This document shows, one piece after another, positions 1-15,616 of a stretch of DNA of 64,000 nt. A program made the position numbers and the translations under genes. Numbering within the stretch: position 1 is the stretch's first letter; each line of letters starts with the position of its first letter. The DNA is from Tubiluchus corallicola (lineage: Eukaryota; Animalia; Priapulida). The DNA lies in contig JAQGDQ010000180.1 in NCBI GenBank assembly GCA_030141605.1, positions 372,001 through 436,000 on the forward strand, read 5' to 3'. Below the pieces are notes generated by a model. It made no database searches. It saw only the letters and a list, made by a program, of their open reading frames with translations, and had not been told where the DNA came from.

Positions 1-50
1 ACTTTGTTTATGGTACTTTGGTGGGAGTTCAGTGTTCACTGTACACTGTA

Positions 51-726
51 CAGGGTGTTTCAAAAGTATGCTCACTAGCAAATATCGGAATATACAAAGA
101 CGTATTTATAAGTAGGTAAAATGGAATTACGCAAACATGATTATTATTTGTACGTCGTCATCATATCATAATTCATAAGACTAGGTAAAATAACAAGTAT
201 TGAAAGTATCAAACATGAGTAGATTGTTACAGTTATATCAAGAAAATTTATTTCCACTAGACATAAAGAGTCCTAAGGGACAAGAAAGGGGGTACCTGAA
301 GTAGGTTTCAGAAAATCGCCTCCCAAACATTTGGCACAAACATTTTAAATTATTAGTCTAGTTACAAAAGTCTTTCCAGCACGTAAGTGAAATGCTAAGT
401 AACATAGATTTGCACGGAAAGTTTTTTGGGTCATAATTTAACATTGCCATTTCTTTCCCTGATTTACGTGGCGTAATGTAATGGCGCCGTCGGAACAGTA
501 TTGTGGGAGATTTAAAATGAAAACAAACGAAACTTCCTTTCAACGCGAGTACGATATGTGCATAAAATTGCTGTAAAGTAGTATAATTTTAAAGGCAATT
601 TTCTGAAGCCTACTTCAGGTGCCCATTTTCTTGTCCTTGAAGACTGTACCACCTTATATTAATTTGATCAACGTATTTCAGCACATTACTATTTTTCTTC
701 TGCACTGTTTCTTCTGGGACACCCTG
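51..726. mobile_element. Tc1/mariner-type MITE containing a nested element (275-638)
   Basis: TA|CAGGGTGT at 49-58 and ACACCCTG|TA at 719-728: inverted termini with TA target duplication. Confidence 0.65.
275..638. mobile_element. Non-autonomous DNA transposon family A (Kolobok-like), short copy with about 45-bp TIRs
   Basis: Left end AAGGGACAAGAAAGGGGGTACCTGAAGTAGGTTTCAGAAAATCGCCT is the imperfect reverse complement of 592-638. The interior matches copies at 7.1-7.9, 41.1-41.9 and 61-62.6 kb. Confidence 0.7.
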
Positions 727-859
727 TACTGCTCTATAGGTATCTAGTCTAAATAAAATTTTATTTAGTTAGCAAAGGGAAGATAAAAAATAACGAAAGA
801 TTAAAGACAAGAACCTTCTTTGTAACTTTTGCTTGAAAATCTTTGTTCTTTTGTTTCAG

Positions 860-5752
<4,893 letters not shown>

Positions 5753-6017
5753 AAAGCCAGTTTTTCAAACTTGTTCTCTGATGTAGATAGTCATTCGTTT
5801 ACTTGTACTTTAAAGCGGCTCCTTATTTTGCTGTACATAGCAGGTATATTGCACCGCACTCTACACGTGACACAAAAAAGCGTTGATTCACTAAAAGACG
5901 AGACGAAACATTTCATCAAACTCATTACACTGAGGGGTGCGCATGCGCATACTTGTCGAGCAAAAAGCGAAAGGTGCAAAACACGAAAAAATGGTTTCAG
6001 ATGTAAATTTTGCTTAA

Positions 6018-6589
6018 AGCAAAACCAGTCCCAATCATAAACTGTAGGTCAAGACAATCTACTTTTTAAAATATTGAAGGGAACATACTATTTTTTTTCA
6101 GAAAATGACTTATGTGAAAGAATTATTACCACACAAATCTAATTTCACGTTCGCGCCACTAGTTCTTCGCTGTTAGATGCATTTCGCTATTCGCTAGTTA
6201 GACGGGCACTAGCGCCTGCATTTCGGAAACGCGTTGCGCAAAAATAGGTGATGTACCTCTCAGTTCAGTCCATGCGTGAGCACAGTGGTAAATTTCAAAT
6301 TTTAATTTTTGTCTTAAAACTTGCCTAGTTTTAATACAACACACTGAATATCTTACAGTAGCACTGTACTTCAATTTTCACTTTTGCAAACACGTGCATG
6401 AAATATTTTTGCTGTTAAAAATTATATTAGTTTGTCGTGCCATCAATAGTTGGGCTCGTCCCGCCATTGATTAAGTTTTTAATCTATTATTTAATTATCA
6501 GAAACGCTTTTGCAGTATTAACTGTGTTAAAATGTCTAATTTTTATCGGACTTGAATGCGTGGTATGCGAAAAATCATCCTGTGTTCCT
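6018..6589 (+). mobile_element. MITE family B copy, followed by (GA)n at 6600-6730
   Basis: Colinear with 4016-4646; TTAA at 6014-6017, degenerate TTAC at the right end. Confidence 0.8.
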
Positions 6590-6610
6590 TTACTGATATA
6601 GAGATAGAGG

Positions 6611-6663
<53 letters not shown>

Positions 6664-7143
6664 AGGAGAGAGAGAGAGAAGAGAGAGAGAGAGGGAGTAG
6701 AGAGAGGGGGGAAGAGAGGGGAAAGAGATTGGGTGAAAATAAATTAGAATTATATAATATCGCAACTGCAAAAGTTTTAAATTTGTAAATTTTGAGTTGC
6801 AAACAGATATTTTGGTCATCTACCGCTTCTAATTTGCACGTGTCTTGCAATTTTCTCTGCATTCGCGTGTCGTGTATATAGATGTAAGGTATAATTATTT
6901 TGTAAATAGAATTAATACCATACGCATACGTAAACTTATAAATTTCATACTCAGGTGAAACAATATTATATTTTTTTCTCATGGATACTGTGGTTCAGTT
7001 TTTATCATGTTTGATATATTCATGTCTTGAGACGCTTACTCAGCCAATTTGCTACAGTTTACTAATCTATAATATGCATTTCTCGTCCAATTTTTGATGT
7101 AAACCCACAACAAAGTATCGTCAAGTTTTGATGTGTTAGTTAA

Positions 7144-7869
7144 GGCCTGAAGCTCTGTATCACGTAATTAGATTTTAAGTAATTAGAAGTTAAAGCACAA
7201 CAAAACCATCCATTTACATAAAGCTTAAAAAATCGTCTTGAAATTTTATGCCAGTTACGTACTGCCTTTTTACATACAGGGCTTGCGTCGGCAGTAACGC
7301 CGTATAAAACATGTAAATTTAAACTCCCGCGATGACCGTTAGGCCGAACCATGTTGACGATAAGTTATTCGAAATAAGTTTTGATAACATTGTGTAAACT
7401 TTAAAAAAATAATGAGAGCATTCGTAGCGCACATGTCACCAACTAAGTAAAATTTTGCATTACTGCATCCTGTGAATAAGATTAAAATATGTTTTTGGTT
7501 AGTGAGTGGTGCACCTTGGAGGGTGAGTCAGCGACATTTTACCAATTGGTGAAAATATTTAAAATTATTATTTCAAATTACATAATTCTTTCCGACATGT
7601 AAGCGAAATGCTAAGTAATATAGATTTGCATGGAAAGTTTTTTGACGCATGATTTAACATTTTCTTTTCTTCGTTTGATTTACGTTGTGCGTATGTATAT
7701 GACGTCATGTAATGACTCGGTCAGAACAGTGTCGCGGGAAGCTTAAAATGAAAACAAACAAAGATCATTTGAACGCGAGTAGAATATACGCATAAAATTG
7801 CTATAAAGCAACACAATTTTTTGAGGTGATTTTTCTGAAACCTTCTTCACGTATCCCTTTTCTTGTCCT
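7144..7869 (+). mobile_element. Family A DNA transposon copy
   Basis: Ends ...TTTTCTTGTCCT|TTAA; homologous to 275-638, 41146-41885 and 60958-62628. Confidence 0.75.
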
Positions 7870-7994
7870 TTAAGTTAGAAACTTATTTTACTATTCGGTG
7901 ATCTTCGTAATGTTTCAAAGCAACAGGATGAATGACACAGATTAATTTTTGATGACAAGAATATAGTGACAATGAATAAAAAAGTAAAAACAAT

Positions 7995-8190
7995 GAAAAA
8001 GAAGAACTGCGCACAACGCTTCCAAATACCACTCTAGTTCTTCTTCTTCTTCAGGTGACCCAGAAGAGGCGAAAAATCTAGGGCGACCTTTTCTCTTTTC
8101 TGTCTTTTCTTTGATCAACTGAAGAAGAAATGTGTCAATGGTAGTTTGAAATGTTGTGCGATTTTTTTCTTTTTCTTTCTCTTTTAGGTG
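7995..8190. mobile_element. Degenerate Penelope-like fold-back remnant with hammerhead-like motifs in both arms
   Basis: Minus arm CAC-CTGAAGA-AGAA...GGAAGCGTT-GTG and plus arm CAA-CTGAAGA-AGAA...TGAAATGTT-GTG, in inverted orientation. Confidence 0.45.
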
Positions 8191-8541
8191 TTTTTATTTA
8201 TCGCAAACGGGACGAAGATGCTATAACTTTCTTTGAAAAAGAAAAAAAGGACGTTATGGGTCCATTAAGAATGCGCTTGTATATTTGTGAAATGGAATTA
8301 GACGTAGCTCTAGCTATTATGCATTGGACTGGTACTATTGTGTGGCATATTGGAACATTATATAGTTAGCAATGAAATGTTAAATATGCTTCAAAGTATC
8401 TGTGATTAATCCTATTTGTAACATATAATGAGTGTTAAATATATTATATGTTAAAATGATTTTTCGTTTATTAATTTTTTCTCCTTTTCAACAGTCTATT
8501 ATATATTATTACGAGCAAAGGCCCAGCAAAAAATTTTGCGT

Positions 8542-8786
8542 ATAAATACACTTATAATCAAAAATACGCGAACATCCTACATAGTCCTCATTTACAACAC
8601 AAAGCGAGCAGCAGCTTTTACTGAATTAAAGTTATAAGGTTATAGGCAGAGTATAATGGATGACGTCACGACAATGGCTTTGCGTCAGCAGTTTTCCAAG
8701 CGAAAATTGCCGAAAATAGAACATCTAATTAACTCGTCAGTACTCCTCTTGGTGGACCTGCCCTAAAATATAGCCCACATCGTCGT
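8542..8786 (+). repeat. Dispersed repeat of about 245 bp, second copy at 39335-39577
   Basis: Shared blocks GCAGCAGCTTTTACTGAATTAAAG, CAATGGCTTTGCGTCAGCAGTTTTCCAAGCGAAAATTGCC and CCCACATCGTCGT. Confidence 0.85.
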
Positions 8787-10142
8787 AATTAAAAATTTAA
8801 AATTACACACACATATACATTATGTATATATATATATATATATATATACAATACGCAAAACCTCTATTTGCAGGGTATCAGTTTACACATAACTACCTGT
8901 ATGAGTTTAAACACTAGAAATACTAGAAATGAATGTACGAGTACTAGAAATAGCAACTACGTACATGTACATTTAAACACTGCAAATTATGATTTAATGA
9001 CACGATGATCAGAAAAAATATACACAGTTCTCCAATTGCACAAAATTTTTGTCCAGAATCACAGAAGAAAATAAATAATTATGTTTAGCAAAATATTTTA
9101 AGCCGGGAATAGCACATACGGGCGTTAGCTCAGTTAGGCAAAGTTTAATCATTTATACTAACTAAACTCTGCAAAGTTCAACAGTCAGCAAATAGACTTT
9201 TTTTCATTTAAACCTTTATTACAGAATTTCTTCCATAAACAAAACAGGAGTTAAAAAAGTAAAGACAGCATCGTACAAAAAATCAGTAAAACACTCATAT
9301 GTATACAGCACATACAATCACCCCCCCCCCCAGAACATTCCCTTCGCATGTCCATTATAAACAATAAAACGTCAGATTCCTGTATTCACTATTTCACATG
9401 TTTTGTGCCAAAATACTGCAACTTTTTAATAGCCTCTTTATAAGTGAATAAGTACATTTTCGAATTATATTGTCAAATTGAGGTATTTTAAGTTGAACAC
9501 ATTAACAGACCATGTAGCTTTTGTTATCCGAGCTGAACTTAACACGTGATTCCGGTTTATTTACAACGTGTCGTCACTTTGTGCCACATCTAGTTCAGCA
9601 CGTTAGAGGTCACTTTCTTATTTTTTGCTATAGTAAGCAGAAATGTAAAAAAAGCCTGCGTAGTTTTCTTTTATTTGCTCGTATTTATATGGACGCACAA
9701 TGTACACAAGACAGAATGTTCTGGCACAACGATGAATCATGAGTGTCCCAGGCCAGTGGTTCACATGCGACCTATAATACTATCAAATAATTATAATATT
9801 GTCTTCTTCAAACGACCTCCGAGACGGTAGATAAAATCACCGCTGATTTTTGTCTAGTCAGGATTTCTGAGTTGTTAGCCTTTAATCTTCAAATAAAAAG
9901 GGCATGTCAAAAGCCTAGAATCAACAATGTCAATGATTTCTGTCAAGTTACAGAATAAGTAGCAAACTAACTTAGAAGTACAGGATAGTTTTGCTTTAAT
10001 ACATTTATTAGATTCTCGTTTTAAAAATTAAAACTTGCAATCATTTGAACGATTTAGTGGTCAATCTTAAAGTAAGATTCAAGAGAGCCCTTTCTGTGAG
10101 CAAACAGAATCTGTCCGATTATGTAAGATGAAATGACCTAAG

Positions 10143-10610
10143 CAGGGCTTATCAAGACTTCACGACGGCCTAGGCTGATAGTTCTGTCCCGCCCATCTCT
10201 ATTGTAAATTTACGGTTTTTTATGTAGTGAGCTTGCCAAACAATTACTTGTGGTGTATTAGAAAACTATTAACCTAATTTCTACGTCGTCATTATGTATT
10301 TGCATTTATTCAAGTAGGCTGCCAAACTGCTTGTAGTGTTTTTGCTCTTGTTCGTTATATGGCACTTATATAAAAGCTTACTCAATAACTGCTTGTTGTG
10401 TAATACCTTGCGCCTGTTTGTTATGTGGCACTTATATAAAACCTTGGCCCAGTAACTGGCTGTGGTGTGGTATAAAATGTGCCCTTTACATGAATATGAA
10501 AGTATACACATTTTCCGAGGAGAATAAGAATTGTTTCTAAAATGTGACGCCCCTCAAACTTTGGCGCCCTAGGCTATAGTCTAGTTAGCCTATTGGTTAG
10601 TACGTCCCTG
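10143..10610. mobile_element. Probable hAT-like MITE
   Basis: CAGGG...CCCTG termini; its 3' end resembles 42010-42047 (TAGCCTAATGGTTAATCCGCCCCTG). No clean 8-bp TSD. Confidence 0.35.
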
Positions 10611-10844
10611 GGCGTTAGTACCACTGCACCGTAGCATACTGTGAACTCAACACTCAGCAGGAAGAGTTATGTTATCAATCTCAACATGATTTGTCATTAA
10701 ATTCTATAGCCGTCCTTCGTATAACGTTCAAAAACGTTTTTATAGAACTGGGTCAAATTGTCATGTGATGCTGATTATATTCCTACTTGTCTAGTCATCT
10801 CTTTTTTACCAATCCTAATTTTAGAGTTTTAATAAAAAAACTTA

Positions 10845-11195
10845 TACCTATTAAACTGTGTTGCACACTTTTGTTTCTAATTCAACACAGTTGATATCAG
10901 GATCCACATCTCTATTGGGGTGGATGTAAATGTATCTATTAAACTGTGTTGCACACTTTTGTTTCTGACTCAACACAGTTGATATCAGGATCCACATCTC
11001 TATTGGGGTGGATGTAAATGTATCTATTAAACTGTGTTGCACACTTTTGTTTCTGACTCAACACAGTTGATATCAGGATCCACATCTCTATCGGGGTGGA
11101 TGTAAATGTATCTATTAAACTGTGTTGCACACTTTTGTTTCTGACTCAACACAGTTGATATCAGGATCCACATCTCTATTGGGGTCGATGTAAAT
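10845..11195. repeat. 88-bp tandem repeat, 4 near-identical copies, each with two inverted repeats
   Basis: Units start at 10845, 10933, 11021 and 11109. Confidence 0.95.
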
Positions 11196-11296
11196 TCTTA
11201 GATCATTTTAGCGACTATCAAAATTTTAATGATTTGAGTGAATGTGCAATCCATAATACTATGTTGGAAATCCAAAAATGAGATTACAATTTAATT

Positions 11297-11660
11297 ACCC
11301 TAATCCTAACTCTACCCTATTTCTAATCCTATCCCTAACCCTACCCTAACCCTGAGCCTAACCCTAACTCTAGCCCTAGCTCTAGCCCTAACTCTAATCC
11401 TATCCCTAACCCTACCCTAATCCTGAGCCTAACCCTAACTCTAGTCCTAACCCTAACCGTAATCCCTAACCCTACCCTAACCCTGAGCCTAAGCCCAATC
11501 CTAGTCCTAATTCTAATCCCATCCCTAATCCAACCCTAAACTAACTTCTAACCCTAATCCTACTCATAACCCTAAGCCTAACTCTAGCCTTGACGGTAAT
11601 CCTATTCTTAACCCAACCATATCCCTAACCCTGATCCTACTCATAACACTAATCCTAATC
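11297..11660. repeat. Degenerate telomere-like (CCCTAA)n tract
   Basis: About 60 variant hexamers (CCCTAA, CCTAAT, CTCTAG); right flank shared with the 1963-2022 tract. Confidence 0.9.
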
Positions 11661-12997
11661 CGCTTCACTAACTAATTTCTTGTATGTGGGAGTTGCAAAC
11701 TTTACTCGAAATCTTATAGGGAAGCCTTTCTTTCTGGCTGAATGAATAAAAAAATTAATATATCGTGTATCATGAGTGAAAACCTCGACAAGACAAACCT
11801 GTTATGCATTGTTATTTCAATCTTGTTCTGTTTCTCCAAAACTTGGCATTTTGTTATCACTTTTGCTGTTTATTTTAACTATTTCAATAATTCCAACAAC
11901 ATAATCAAATTTGCAAGTTCAGTTATATAAAACGACAAGATTCTGAAATTCATTACCAAATACCATTTTCTTTCATTTTACGCCAACGTCGGGGGGGGGT
12001 GCAAAGAGTTAGAAAGAAATTTCTGCTTCGCTTAATGTTAGAAACTTTAACTAAATGAATTTCAACTAATCACAAAAGCCGTTTTAAACGTGTGAATCAT
12101 TCGTAATACAATATTCTCAAGAAGCTTATTTATTAATTATGTAGTTTGAATTAAATGTTTACCAATTTACCGTATGTATATAGTTTTAAAATTACAATTT
12201 TGGTCGGATTAAACCGGTCGCCAGCAATGTACAGAAATCGTGCAAATCACATTTTTTTATTCATTTAAAACTAATATTGTCTAACTCTTACGGGTATGGA
12301 AAATTTTCACAGTTTAAAAGAGAGTTTTCAACCCGAGTGAATCAATGTAAAGCTTCAATGAATTCTCTAATTAATTCTTGCAAAACCGACGTGGTAAAAC
12401 ATTTCGTAGCCAAAGCTTGAGCAAGATTGTGGAACGCAATAATTGACTATATTAAACTTTCAAACTCAGCTTTTGTCTTCAAAAGAGAATTCAAAAAAAT
12501 GTGTTTTTGAAAATTACTAATTGTGCTTACTTATTAGTATATTATCTAGTTATTGCTGTAACACTTGTGAACTCACCTTCTTCAAACTACTTACTTTAAT
12601 ATGTAATTAAATTTAACATGTTCCATGTTAAAAAATATGTACTGTAGTAGGCCAGTAATTCAAACTATAAAAGTATGACTGTGACGTCACGATTGGCTTC
12701 TCTCTATTTTCTCTATATTTAAACAGGTTAGCGAGGGAGTTCCGATTTTGATACGAAGCAGGGCTGACATATTGCTCTTATATTTTTTCTACACCGTCAT
12801 GATACTACTTCGAATTAAAACAAAGTTTTAAAAATAAGTTACAAACGATTTCGAGCAGTTTGTAAAGAATATTCCACCTATCATATGTTACGATGTTTGT
12901 AATGGACGTATAAGTCTGTTTACTTCAGTTCATAGATGTATTATCAATAAAAAAAATCACGATTCTGTTTTTAACTCTGTATTTCTCTGTCTATCCT

Positions 12998-13585
12998 TAC
13001 CTATCTCCTAGTTTATACTTTCAATTCTTCCTAGTTCCTACTATCTTCCTAGTTTGTACTTTCAATTCTTCCTAGTTCCTACTATCTTCCTAGTTTGTAC
13101 TTTCAATTCTTCCTAGTTCCTACTATCTTCCTAGTTTGTACTTTCAATTCTACTTAGTTCCTACTATCTTCCTTGTTTATACTTTCAATTCTTCCTAGTT
13201 CCTACTATCTTCCTAGTCTGTACTTTCAATTCTTCCTAGTTCTTACTTTATTCCTGGTTTGTACTTTCAATTCTCCCTAATTCCTACTGTCTTCCTAGTT
13301 TGTACTTTCAATTCGTCCTAGTTCCTACTATCTTCCTAGTTTGTACTTTCAATTCTTCCTAGTTCCTAGTATCTTCCTAGTTTGCTTTCAATTCTCCCTG
13401 GTTCCCACTATCTTCCTAGTCTGTACTTTCAATTCTTCCTAGTTCTTACTTTATTCCTAGTTTGTACTTTCAATTCTCCCTAATTCCTAATGTCTTCCTA
13501 GTTTGTACTTTCAGTTCGTCGTAGTTCCTGTCTTCCTAGTTTATGCTTTCAATTCGTCCTAGTTCCTACTGTCTTCCTAGTTCGT
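12998..13585. repeat. 41-bp minisatellite, about 14 copies
   Basis: Unit CTATCTTCCTAGTTTGTACTTTCAATTCTTCCTAGTTCCTA, itself a diverged dimer around TCTTCCTAGTT. Confidence 0.95.
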
Positions 13586-14244
13586 GCGTTCTTTTTATTC
13601 TCTCTTCCCTTTTCCACAAACCCGGGGTGCTTTAAAGAAGTATTCTCACTTTTTAAGCACCCCATCTACATACTTGTTTCTTTTAAAGTTTTGATATTGT
13701 TCAACAGGTGTGCAATATGTGGAACTAATGAACTATAACCATAGTAAATCATACCGTAACATATCACTATTAATACTGACATGACACCATCGAGTTAAGC
13801 AAAAGTTTCGGGACCCTTTAGCGATCAAAAATGAATACAGTTGCTATTCACACTGCACATGAATTGAACTGAAGAACAAAACCAGATCGAATGGCTTCAG
13901 GCCAGAACAATTTAGTAACAGTGTGAATGGGATTTGGTAATCACAGGTATTAATGATAATGATAAAATATGTGGCTATAGAGATGTGCGAATATGGTAGT
14001 AAATAATTAATGTTTACAAAACTCTTATAAACTAATCGCACTTTGGCTTCCAAATAATTATACTTGTAATAACTCATTATGTTGCATAAATAAGACGGTT
14101 CATAGGCTGCTTGCTATCAAAGCTGCTTGGCTTTGTCTTCAAAAGATGGTGACACTTCAAATTTCATGCATTAAACATTCCCAGTGAATTTTTAAACCAG
14201 CTAAAAACACACATAAAGATTCTCTTTATTTTTTGTTTGTTAGA

Positions 14245-14603
14245 AATTCATCACTGACCGGTTTCGAACAAACTGTTCATTATCAAGGCATCTAAAACAA
14301 AGAAATCTACCGGAATTTAGAAACAACATCGAAATACAATTCTGTTGTTCGATAGGTAATGATATATGATATGACATTATATAGATAGTTTAACAACTTA
14401 CCTTACAGATTAAATATCTTGTTTAGTATGAAACTATGCTACAAGTAATTTGCTAAATTATCTTTATATTGTTATATCATATATCTTTTGGCTACTAACT
14501 ACCGAATTGTATTTCGATGTTGTTTCTAAATTCTGTTAAATTTCTTTGTTTTAGATGCCTTGATAATGAAAAGTTTTGTTTAAAACCGGTCGGCGATGAA
14601 TTC
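14245..14603. mobile_element. Penelope-like fold-back element, about 100-bp arms each with a minimal hammerhead motif
   Basis: 14245-14342 is the reverse complement of 14504-14603. The minus arm reads GCC-TTGATAA-T-GAAC-AGTTT-GTTC-GAAA-CCGG-TC. Confidence 0.7.
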
Positions 14604-14929
14604 GATTTTGATGTTGTTACATCTATTTGGCAAATATGAATAATTCAGTTTGACAGAAATGTTGAGATTTGCTTTGGTTAAAACTGGTTTGTACCGTCCA
14701 AGGAGTTAATCCTGCGATGACAAACAATTATTTATTTTGCGATAGTTGTACAGTCATTGGTTAGTTTTATGTCTGGACATGGAAGGTAAACAAACAAGAT
14801 ACGATACTGCAAGGGTTAATGGCGTTTATTTACTGGGACACTGGAAAAGTAAACGACGCAGAAACTGGCCTGCGTAATTTTTGTGCTACTTTTGCCTACA
14901 GCATTTTTACGTTAAATAATTTTGCGTAA

Positions 14930-15162
14930 ATTTTGCGACTCCATGTGTGCGTAATGCGCGATGCGTATATTACAGTTTATAGTTAAACTCGTGAAAGTGT
15001 TTCCATGTGTACAATGTACATAACGCTTAATTCGTAATGCGTGATGCGTGATACGTATTCAATCGAGCGTGATGTCTATCATCGGAATACGCATCACGCT
15101 TTATGCATTGTGGATCATGCATCACGCATTACGCATTACGCGCCCATGGAGTCGTAACTTAA
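14930..15162. mobile_element. Palindromic MITE about 400 bp upstream of the vitellogenin TATA box
   Basis: GCGACTCCATGTGTGCGTAATGCG ... CGCATTACGCGCCCATGGAGTCGT inverted ends with internal (GCGTAAT/GCGTGAT) repeats. Confidence 0.65.
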
Positions 15163-15287
15163 CAATGGTAAATAGGAAGGCTCATATTTTAATTGGTGAA
15201 CACGAATTCAATACATGCAGATCCAAATAAAAAAATCACGGGGACTTATTATATTAGAGACTCAATTATGCAAATACAGACACCTGT

Positions 15288-15600
15288 AGATAATAGTAAG
15301 AAATCTTTGAAGAAATGCAACTCTTGCACATTGATAACACCCATGGAAAGTTTGAGTTGGCAGTTTCTGTTCTATTTTTACCCTTTCTTGCCCACCAGAC
15401 TTGATAATCTGTTTACAATCTTACGTTCACAACACCCTTGACTTTGGTTATCAGCAAAAGTGCAGAAACGGAAAAAGGCACAGATCACCTCAAAATGCTG
15501 ACTCGACAGATGCACAGGTCAAACGGGTGAAAATATGTTCAGGGCTATCGTATCTGAAGAGAGTATATAAGGGCTGCCAGACGACAGGCCAGTCAAAGTT
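15288..15600 (+). promoter_or_regulatory. Vitellogenin core promoter: TATA box with upstream GATA, Fox and nuclear-receptor-like sites
   Basis: TATATAA 15564-15570, 47 nt before the ATG; WGATAA/TTATCA at 15288, 15332, 15402, 15448; TGTTTAC 15410; AGGTCA-aac-GGGTGA 15516-15530. Site function is inferred. Confidence 0.6.
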
Positions 15601-15616
15601 GGTGGTGACCAGCAAG

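Noticed and set aside
11297-11660. True telomere or chromosome fusion site
   Set aside because: Highly degenerate, single orientation, and shares a flank with a second interstitial tract.
9230-12520. Very decayed CR1/L2 3' fragments (about 9230-9620 minus, about 12340-12520 plus)
   Set aside because: Only faint motifs (for example ARLWN...FKREFKK); too degraded to delimit.
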